Assembly (NCBI GenBank): GCA_046313635.1 | Contig: JBKBYA010000010.1 | Span: 1-64,000, forward strand | DNA length: 64,000 bases | Reading direction: 5' to 3' | Source: Pyrinomonadaceae bacterium | GTDB lineage: Bacteria > Acidobacteriota > Blastocatellia > Pyrinomonadales > Pyrinomonadaceae | Shown here: positions 1 to 7,687 of the stretch, in pieces | Layout: each line of letters starts with the position of its first letter | How positions within the stretch are numbered: the stretch's first letter is position 1 | Notes under the pieces: generated by a model | Told to the model about the DNA's origin: nothing | Database searches by the model: none | Seen by the model: only the letters and a program-made list of their open reading frames with translations | Made by a program: the position numbers and the translations under genes

Positions 1-420
1 GCCGAGCCCAATCTGCACCGGCTGCAAACGGCTGTTAAACTGCGTCGATTCCCACAGCCCGTTTCCGAGCCGCATCGCAGCCACCGCACCGGCAGCCGTG
101 TAACTGAAATGCTTTGCGTATTCGAAAAGCCCCGCACGATTCGTGCATGACCCGTCTGTTCCCGCCACCGCGTCCAGACATCTACCGCTGCGCACCATCG
201 AAAGTTCACCGCTGCTGTCGAAACTATTCTTTACTCTTCGACCGCCAGGATACGTCTTCCCGACAAGCGCCCCCGCAAGGTTGTAAACATAACCGGTCAC
301 GTAACTCTGCCCATCCGTCGTCTGTTTGTGCCCCGTCACACGCCCTAAGATGTCGAACGATGTGTATTCGGTTTTTGAAAACGGACTTTGCGTGTATCAG
401 GTTACCGCTTTTACCAGCTT
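1..420 (-). pseudogene. Orphan/truncated Rhs core fragment, continues off the left edge
   Basis: Manual minus-strand translation gives KLVKAVT*YTQSPFSKTEYTSFDILGRVTGHKQTTDGQSYVTGYVYNLAGAL...GAVAAMRLGNGLWESTQFNSRLQPVQIGLG, clearly paralogous to the Rhs at 1123-3600. In-frame TGA at 399-397. Not in the ORF track. Confidence 0.85.
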
Positions 421-443
421 GCATTTGTCGTTCCAACTGTAAT

Positions 444-548
444 TTTGTTGCCGTCTCGCGCTTCCCCGAAGAAGAAAAGCGGATTGTCAAAGCACTTCTC
501 GAAGGAATTATTCTCAAACACGAAGCTAAACGTTGGGCCAACGCCTGA
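444..548 (+). pseudogene. C-terminal remnant of an XRE-family HTH regulator
   Basis: FVAVSRFPEEEKRIVKALLEGIILKHEAKRWANA* resembles, from memory, the C-terminal tail of XRE regulators found beside Rhs loci; the HTH part is missing and replaced by antisense Rhs sequence. Confidence 0.6.
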
Positions 549-654
549 CCAAACAAAAAAGACAGCCCACAGAAAAAAGCTGTCAAACGCAGACGCGCAT
601 TTTCTAACTATTTTTTATTTTCTAAACTTGTTTAGAAAAACAGTTGGCAAAAGC

Positions 655-684
655 AAAAGGCGTGATGTTCAATTACGCCTTTTT
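655..684. terminator. Bidirectional intrinsic terminator
   Basis: AAAAGGCGTGAT-GTTCA-ATTACGCCTTTTT hairpin with A/T runs on both sides, immediately after the stop of 686-1126. Confidence 0.75.
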
Positions 685-685
685 G

Positions 686-1126
686 TCATTTGGTTTTCTT
701 TTCTGTGATGACAAGCTGTGTACCTAAGCCGCTACCTTCAAACTGAATATAATAAACACGCTTGGTTATTTTGGCTTCTTCAGGTTTAACAAACTCTTCC
801 GAAAAAGGTTTTTTATCAACTCCAACAATCCAATCTTGGTTGAATTTTGAAATGTGGATTTTTGAGAACTCTAGCCGATGCTTACCAAAAGTAATCAGCA
901 CAGTCAAATATTCTTCGTTCCTCAACTCACTCGGAATGACAAAGCCGATAGAAGTTCTCTCCGCCTCAATCCACTTATCATTTGAAAGGAAAAAGACTTT
1001 GTAATCTTTTTTGACTTCCTTTCCATCAATCTCGATTCTTACAATTTTCGTTGAGAAGGACTGCGCTCGTGCCTCACAAAAGAGACACAAGGTAGCGAGT
1101 AACCCTAAAACAATTATGCTTTTCAT
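686..1126 (-). CDS. Exported protein, putative Rhs immunity protein
   Basis: 146 aa, signal peptide (MKSIIVLGLLATLCLFCEARA), low GC, 4-bp overlap with the Rhs stop codon. Confidence 0.7.
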   Translation of the reverse strand: MKSIIVLGLLATLCLFCEARAQSFSTKIVRIEIDGKEVKKDYKVFFLSNDKWIEAERTSIGFVIPSELRNEEYLTVLITFGKHRLEFSKIHISKFNQDWIVGVDKKPFSEEFVKPEEAKITKRVYYIQFEGSGLGTQLVITEKKTK

Positions 1127-3600
1127 CTTTGCCTCCCGATTTTTAGGAAGTTATTTAGTGACATTTTTGCAACGCAATTACAGCCGCTATCGTTCCCGGT
1201 TGGCTTGTAGAAATAAACCGTTTTATCTCTTGCTCCAACGACGATGTTTGTTCCATTGGGTAGAGCATTGGAAATATCTGTGGCGGATGGCTTCTGCACA
1301 AAATTGGCGGTAGATGTCTTTGTCGTGCCGCCAAACACCACTACTCCGCCGCCAGATTGATTTCCTGAAGATTCAGTCTTTACTATCTCTCCGCTTGGAT
1401 GAACGTGAGCTTTTCCATCAACGCCTGAAGGTAACGAGATTTCAGCCGTTTTATTAACTCTTGGGTCAGAGTAGTCTCCATCTGGAGCAGCAGTTACCAC
1501 AGTCTTCCCATCGGTAGTTGTCCATGTTACGCCTGTTTCACGGAATCCGCCCGATGCCTTTTCGTCTTTCCCTAACGCAGAAAAAGGAGATGTATCGTAA
1601 GTAGCATTGTTGCTCCTAGTAACAGCCTCTCCAATAGCGGTTATTACATCCGCACTAGCGATTGTAATTTTGGCATCTACCGTTCCCGTATAATTTCCTT
1701 TAGTTTTTTCGATTTCTTTGGCTTTTTCTTTGTCATAAACGATGTAGATTTTCCCATCGTCAATTCCATCCGTGCCAATCTTCTTACCATCTAGGTTGTA
1801 AAAATCGCCAGCAATCATTCCGCTAGGGTCAGTGAATCGAAGCGGATTGTTGTAAGAATAGCTGTAACGATTCCAACTTTGCGGACGAATTGGATTCGCG
1901 CTTGCGGCTAACGGGTCTGGAGAAGTAAAGCGTCCATGATTGTAGCCATAGTAACGAGCCTGCGCGAAGTCGAGGTTTGATTCAATATCGCGTTCATACG
2001 AGGTGAATTTCTGGCGAACGGAATCGCTTCCGTAGTTTGCTCGCGCGACCTCTTCGCCGAACGGACGGAAATCCCTTCGAGAAACGACCTGACCGAGAGC
2101 GTCGGTGGTGATTCTTGGGCTGCCGAGGTGGTCGTTGGTCAGGTAGCTGATCTTGGCGGTCGATGCCGGTTCGACTTGCGTCGAGTATTCTGCAACCAGT
2201 TTATTTGAAGCGTCGTAAACAAAAACGGTTGTCTCGCCGGTTGACTGAACGATTTTCTTGACACGCCGTCCGTCGCCGTCGTAGCGGTATTGGCCGATGA
2301 TGGCATTCGTGGCGTTTCGCACTTCGACTTGTTTGTTCTCGCCGTCGTAGATGAACGTGCGGCCTTCGGGGTCGGCGGTTGTGTTGCCGGCGGCGTCGTA
2401 TTGCCAGCCCGTTGAGGTCAGTCGATTGTTGGCGGTCGAGATCGTTGGATTCACGATTGGAACGTCCGCCGGACAAACAGTCTGATTCGGCGGCGTCCCG
2501 CAGTTCTTCGGCAGCGTCGTCGTGTTCGGCTCATCAAACCGCCGATTGCCGTAGCGGTCGAAGGTGAAGGTTTGTTTCCACGAAGGCGTCGGGTTGCCGT
2601 CGATGTTCTCGGTCGCGGACTTTAACCGGTTGAGCGAATCGTAATTGTAAGTCTGCACGGCAGTGAACCCGTTGTGCTGCCCGAGAGTCGGCACTGTGAT
2701 CGTCTGCTTTGTCACATTGCCGTTGACCGCCGCTGTGGCTCCGTATTCGTAATCGAGCTTGAGAAGGTTGGTCGCCACCTGCGTCGTGCCGAGAGCGATC
2801 CGTGTCGGCTGCAGGCGAGTGTTGAAGACGGTCGATTCCCACAGCCCGTTGCCGAGCTGCATCGAGGTGACGGCACCTGCGGCGTTGTAGGTGAAGCTGC
2901 TGGCATAGTTCCAAAGACCGGCCCGGTTGGTGCACGTAGCGTTCGTCGCCGGATTAGCATCAAGGCATTTGCCGCTCTGCACGATCGAGAGATCGCCGCT
3001 CGAGTCGAGGACATTCTTCACCACCCGGCCGCTCGGGTAAGTCTCTTCGATCAACGCACCCGAGAGATTGTAAAGATACCCGGTCGTATAACTCTGCCCG
3101 TCGGTCGTCTGCTTGTGTGCCGTCACGCGACCTAAGATGTCGAAGGCCGTGTACTCGGTTGTCGAAACCGAACTCGCGACCTTGATGAGTTTCCCGCGAG
3201 CGTTCGGCAAATTGTCGTAAAAGTACGAGACATTCGGCGTCGCCTGATAGTTCGGCGGTGTCGGGCCGACAAGCGAGTAGTTGCGATTGGTGACACGATT
3301 CAAAGCGTCATAAACATAATCGGTCTTCACTCCGCGGGCATCGGTCTTTGTCAAAAGATTTCCATTCGGATCGTAAGAATAGCGGATCGTGCCGCTTTCC
3401 GGGTTGGTCGCGGTCAGCAGGCGCGACAAACTGCTGTAAGTGAACGACCGCATCTGCACGCCCTGGTTGACGGTCGTAAGATTATTGAGCGGGTCATAGC
3501 TGTAAATGGTCTTGAAGCCGTGGGCGATGCTTGTATTCGGGAAGGTAACGCTTTCCGAGCCCGCCTCGCTCGCCGTGTCTAGCTCCCAAGCCTCATTCAT
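1123..3600 (-). CDS. N-terminally truncated Rhs/YD-repeat protein with JAB/MPN-like C-terminal toxin domain
   Basis: Many YD repeats, Rhs core (DHLGSPR, QARYY, RFTSPDP, YNNPLRFTDPSGM), then a low-GC CT with HVH...PSATD. ATG 3600 chosen because the ORF-track start (3813) overlaps the upstream gene. Confidence 0.9.
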   Translation of the reverse strand: MNEAWELDTASEAGSESVTFPNTSIAHGFKTIYSYDPLNNLTTVNQGVQMRSFTYSSLSRLLTATNPESGTIRYSYDPNGNLLTKTDARGVKTDYVYDALNRVTNRNYSLVGPTPPNYQATPNVSYFYDNLPNARGKLIKVASSVSTTEYTAFDILGRVTAHKQTTDGQSYTTGYLYNLSGALIEETYPSGRVVKNVLDSSGDLSIVQSGKCLDANPATNATCTNRAGLWNYASSFTYNAAGAVTSMQLGNGLWESTVFNTRLQPTRIALGTTQVATNLLKLDYEYGATAAVNGNVTKQTITVPTLGQHNGFTAVQTYNYDSLNRLKSATENIDGNPTPSWKQTFTFDRYGNRRFDEPNTTTLPKNCGTPPNQTVCPADVPIVNPTISTANNRLTSTGWQYDAAGNTTADPEGRTFIYDGENKQVEVRNATNAIIGQYRYDGDGRRVKKIVQSTGETTVFVYDASNKLVAEYSTQVEPASTAKISYLTNDHLGSPRITTDALGQVVSRRDFRPFGEEVARANYGSDSVRQKFTSYERDIESNLDFAQARYYGYNHGRFTSPDPLAASANPIRPQSWNRYSYSYNNPLRFTDPSGMIAGDFYNLDGKKIGTDGIDDGKIYIVYDKEKAKEIEKTKGNYTGTVDAKITIASADVITAIGEAVTRSNNATYDTSPFSALGKDEKASGGFRETGVTWTTTDGKTVVTAAPDGDYSDPRVNKTAEISLPSGVDGKAHVHPSGEIVKTESSGNQSGGGVVVFGGTTKTSTANFVQKPSATDISNALPNGTNIVVGARDKTVYFYKPTGNDSGCNCVAKMSLNNFLKIGRQR

Positions 3601-3652
3601 TGGCTTGAGCGCATTTATCCTTCCCTTTTCCTCGAGATTTAGACACGCCTCC

Positions 3653-4261
3653 CTACGAAGAGGAACTTGGACAGCCCTTGCCCTCCCGGAATATCCTAAT
3701 TTCGAGTTCCTTATTGGTGTCGAGTCTAAGATCGAGCCAAGGTAATTTACGCCATTCTCTCTGCTCATCATCGGCGATACTCTTCCTAAGTAGTTCAAGA
3801 AGCCTCTCTTCAAACACCGCGTAGTCAGCGGTCTTTAGAGACAGCGGTTGTCCCATTAGGCCCTCCGAAACCAACAGATTTGTCAGAGTGGCATTATCAA
3901 CCCCCTCCAAATCCTCAACCTCGGCCTTCTTAAGTTTGTAAACTGGGTTTGCCGATTCGAATTCTATAGTCAAGACCAGCTCATAGCCGTTCGAGTCCTT
4001 TAACTTATGGAGCCGAGAGCTTATTCCTCTGAATAGCCCAGTGTCCTTTAGTCGTTCCTTAATGCAGTTGACATCATCTCTAGTAGCGACCTGACTCCAT
4101 GGAATTCCCATTTCCGCAATTCTCCTTATAAAGCGCGGGTTTGGATCGGTCTCCAATACAACGTGTCGAACAATAAAGCTCCGGGAATCGGTTTGCGCCC
4201 AAGCAACCAGACTCTGCCCCGCGCATAACAACAAGGCAATTAAGATCACTTTCAATTTCAT
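3653..4261 (-). CDS. Exported protein with POTRA-like segment, putative immunity protein
   Basis: 202 aa, signal peptide, GGAG RBS, segment DDVNCIKERLKDTGLFRGIS...LVLTIE resembling POTRA; lies 33 bp downstream of an orphan Rhs-CT. Confidence 0.65.
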   Translation of the reverse strand: MKLKVILIALLLCAGQSLVAWAQTDSRSFIVRHVVLETDPNPRFIRRIAEMGIPWSQVATRDDVNCIKERLKDTGLFRGISSRLHKLKDSNGYELVLTIEFESANPVYKLKKAEVEDLEGVDNATLTNLLVSEGLMGQPLSLKTADYAVFEERLLELLRKSIADDEQREWRKLPWLDLRLDTNKELEIRIFREGKGCPSSSS

Positions 4262-4294
4262 ACTTACTCCTAAACTCTTTCACTAGATTGGACA

Positions 4295-4984
4295 CTAATC
4301 ATGCTCGCGCTCACGTCTTCGCGTGTTCCGGTATCCAACCTGTTTACTGGAATCACTTTTGACGTCGATGCGCGGATCGTTATCACGCGTCGTAAATATC
4401 GCAGGATTCGCCGGCGTATCTGCTTTCTTCGCGGCTGTATCATTTCTGTTTTCCGTAAGCGGAGCCCGTGGGTCGGTGACGACAATCTGAAAATTGATTG
4501 CATTCGATCCTCCGGGAGAGCCATCCTTTCGACCTGTGATCTCGAATGTTTGCGAGAACGTCACTTCCGTTTCATCGTTCTTCTGTCCGACCTTATCGAT
4601 AACTTGGTCAGTCACGGCTTTCGCTCCCTCAATATCGCTAAATGAATCACTACCCTCTCGATCTACGGTCGTTTCGCCTATCGGCTTGCCATCCTTGAAT
4701 GCAGTGTTCCGACTGTAGTCCACGCCCTCAATTCGGCCAATTTTCGTCAAATCTTGACCGTCGTCAGCCCTATTTACTCTTGCCGTGTACGTAATTGTAA
4801 ACTTATCTCCCACGTATAAATCTTCCCTGATCGGCTTGCCGTTCGGCAAAGTTACACGCACGTCGGTAATACTGGGAGCTTTCTTGCTTAATTGCGTCTC
4901 CACCCTAATGACATCCTTGTCCTGACCCGCCTGTAAACCGTTAGGATCGGTCAAAATCATCGGCCTATTCAAGACGTAGACATA
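4295..4984 (-). pseudogene. Orphan Rhs C-terminal toxin module (no core)
   Basis: Begins YVYVLNRPMILTDPNGL (Rhs PxxxxDPxG autocleavage motif), followed by ~210 aa of unrecognised sequence; no Rhs core upstream. Confidence 0.75.
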
Positions 4985-5561
4985 GAAACATCTGCAGCTC
5001 CGTCAATTTGATAGTCGTGAATATGATCGCCGGTATACTCATATGGGAATCTCCTTTTTCTTTCTTAAGCGGCGATACTGCTGACCGGCTTGGGAATTTA
5101 CAGATCGAACAATGTGGACCGAATGGTCAAACTGATTGTGTGCGGAAAATATAGATCACCCCCCCCGCTGTAAAGAATTTTTTCGCATCGCTAGTTCTTT
5201 GATCCACGCTAAACGTCAGGAACGTACCGGCACCCGAGGCGGTTGGCGAGTACGGCGTGTGGCGGATTTGCCGATATAACGAAACGCAACGAGGGTCCGA
5301 AGCGGAAACGGGCGACGGCCAAAAGGTCGATCATCAACGCTCGCGGGCGGCGATCGAGCCGGCGCGATCGCGGAAGGATGCGACGATTCGTGCGAGCTCG
5401 GCGCCAGGCAATAGCCGTTTTAGGGCTGTCACACTTCCCACGCGTCGGCTAAAGGGTATTCGTGGCCCGCGGCTTTTTGAGGGGCGTTGTCTTTGGCGGT
5501 CGATCTATGGTAAAAGCATCGGCATCGCAGTTGTTCACCGGCGGCCCGCCGGTTTCGGACC

Positions 5562-7652
5562 ATGCCTCTGAGACCCGCACTATTCCTTTGGTTTTCGCTC
5601 GTCCTGCTGTTTACCGGATCTGATATTTCTTTTGCCCAGGGACGCGGTTCGCTCGGCGGACTCGTTGTCGACAGCGAAGGCAAGCCGCTGGCGAATGTCG
5701 TGGTCATCGCCGTCAACCAGTCGACCACGGACCGTGAAGAGTCCGCTTCAAAGGCTGACGGTCGATACTCGCTTCGTCTCTCGCCGGGAGCGTACCGGCT
5801 GACGGTGGCCGCGCCGTTCGAGGCGCGGTTCGTGCGCGGCAAGGCCGAATACGGAGCATTCGCAAACGTGATCTGCGACGAAAGCAAAAAGGTCTGTCCC
5901 ATTCTCGAAAACCTCATCGTCGAGCCCGGCAAGCAGATGACGATCGACATCGTTGCCGTATCGCTCGAACCAAAGCCCGGCGCGAGCCCGACGCCGCAGC
6001 CTGACCGCAAGAGCGTGCGCGACCGCTGGCGGATCGAGTTTCCTGAATACGACCGCTACGGCGACCGCGGTGCGCGCGGGCGCGACATTCCGTTCAAACG
6101 CGGCCGCTGGTACAACCCGTACGAGCAGAACGTGCTCAAGGGCGACCGGCCCATCTTTGGCGACAACATTTTTATGGTGCTCTCGGCCGTCAGCACTTCT
6201 GGGCTCGAAATACGCCGCACGCCGTCGGGCAACAACGTCAGCACGAACGAGCCGAATAGCAACAACTTCTTCGGCCGGCCCGAGAGTTTGTCGTTCAACC
6301 AGACGTTTCAAATCTCATTTGAACTCTTTTCCGGCCAAACCGTTTTTCGACCGCGCCAGTGGGCGATCAAGATCTCGCCGACATTTTCCGCGCCGAATTA
6401 TCTGAATGCCCGCGAGAACGGCATCGTCAACATCGACGTCCGCCGCGGCACCAACCGCGTCGATCTGCACGCCTCGCTCGAGGAGGCATTTGGCGAGGTC
6501 AAGCTGTTTGACGTCAACCGCAATTACGATTTCGTGTTGGTGCGCGCCGGCATACAGCCCTTCACGGCGGACTTTCGCGGCTTTTTGTATTCGGACAACA
6601 ACCTCGGCGTGCGCGGCTTTGGCGGCTTTTCGAATAACAAGTCGCAATTCAACGTCGCGTACTTTCGTCAGCTCGAAAAAGACACCAACAGCAATCTCAA
6701 CTCGCTCCAGAAGCTCCGGCCGCAGGACGTCTTTATCGCCAATTTCTTTAGGCAGGACTTTCTCGTTAAGGGCTACACGATCCAGGGCGTCGCTGCGTAC
6801 AACCACGACCGCGGCGACGTGCATTACGACAGCAACGGCTTTCTCGTGCGGCCCGCGCTGGTCGGCAGCGCGCGGCCGCACACCATTCGCGTCGGTTATG
6901 TCGGCGTCAACGGCGACGGGCATATCGGTCTCTTGAATCTGACCAACAGCTACTACTTCGCGTTTGGCGAGGACACGTTCAATCCGATCGCGGGACGACG
7001 GACGAACATCCGCGCGCAGATGGCGGCGGTCGAGGCGTCGATCGATCGCGACTGGCTGCGTTATCGCGGCTCCGTCTTTTACGCCTCGGGCGACAAAGAT
7101 CCGACCGATCGACGTGCGAGCGGGTTTGACGCGATCTTTGACGATCCCAACTTTGCCGGCGGGCAGTTCTCGTACTGGAATCGCCAGGGCATCCGGCTCG
7201 TGTCGACCGAGATCGGGCTCGTGCAGTCAAACAGCCTGCTGCCGTCGCTGCGTTCGAGCAAGACCGAGGGCCAGGCGAATTTTGTCAATCCGGGGATCAT
7301 GATCTTCAGCGCGGGCGTCGATGCCGAATTGACGCAGACGCTCAAGACGGTCTTTAACGCGAACTACCTTCGCTTTGACCGCACCGAGCCGCTCGAGTAC
7401 GTGCTCTTTCAGCCGCGCGTCCGGCATGAGATCGGCTACGACCTGAGCCTCGGCGTCGTGTACCGGCCATTTTTGATCAACAACGTGACGATGACATTCG
7501 GCGGGAGCGTGCTGCTGCCGGGCCGCGGTTTTAAGGACGTCTATACCGATCGCAGCCGCAACTGCCCGGTGCCGAGCTTTTGCGATGCGACGGTGCCCAA
7601 TCCGTCCAAGCTGCAGTATTCCCTTTTCGGGCAGTTGAAGATCGTCTATTAA
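5562..7652 (+). CDS. Outer-membrane beta-barrel protein with N-terminal carboxypeptidase-regulatory-like domain
   Basis: Signal peptide; GxVVDSEGKPLANVVV...ADGRYSLRLSPGAYRLTV domain; Pro-rich linker; long amphipathic aromatic beta-strand region; C-terminal QLKIVY ending in an aromatic residue. Confidence 0.75.
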   Translation: MPLRPALFLWFSLVLLFTGSDISFAQGRGSLGGLVVDSEGKPLANVVVIAVNQSTTDREESASKADGRYSLRLSPGAYRLTVAAPFEARFVRGKAEYGAFANVICDESKKVCPILENLIVEPGKQMTIDIVAVSLEPKPGASPTPQPDRKSVRDRWRIEFPEYDRYGDRGARGRDIPFKRGRWYNPYEQNVLKGDRPIFGDNIFMVLSAVSTSGLEIRRTPSGNNVSTNEPNSNNFFGRPESLSFNQTFQISFELFSGQTVFRPRQWAIKISPTFSAPNYLNARENGIVNIDVRRGTNRVDLHASLEEAFGEVKLFDVNRNYDFVLVRAGIQPFTADFRGFLYSDNNLGVRGFGGFSNNKSQFNVAYFRQLEKDTNSNLNSLQKLRPQDVFIANFFRQDFLVKGYTIQGVAAYNHDRGDVHYDSNGFLVRPALVGSARPHTIRVGYVGVNGDGHIGLLNLTNSYYFAFGEDTFNPIAGRRTNIRAQMAAVEASIDRDWLRYRGSVFYASGDKDPTDRRASGFDAIFDDPNFAGGQFSYWNRQGIRLVSTEIGLVQSNSLLPSLRSSKTEGQANFVNPGIMIFSAGVDAELTQTLKTVFNANYLRFDRTEPLEYVLFQPRVRHEIGYDLSLGVVYRPFLINNVTMTFGGSVLLPGRGFKDVYTDRSRNCPVPSFCDATVPNPSKLQYSLFGQLKIVY

Positions 7653-7687
7653 AAAATGAGCGACGCAAGACAAGGAGTGGAAGCGGG

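Noticed and set aside
5115..5166. Imperfect palindrome TGGACCGAATGGTCAA and a C8 tract at the island boundary
   Set aside because: Short single occurrences with no linked regulator or phase-variable ORF; could be chance.
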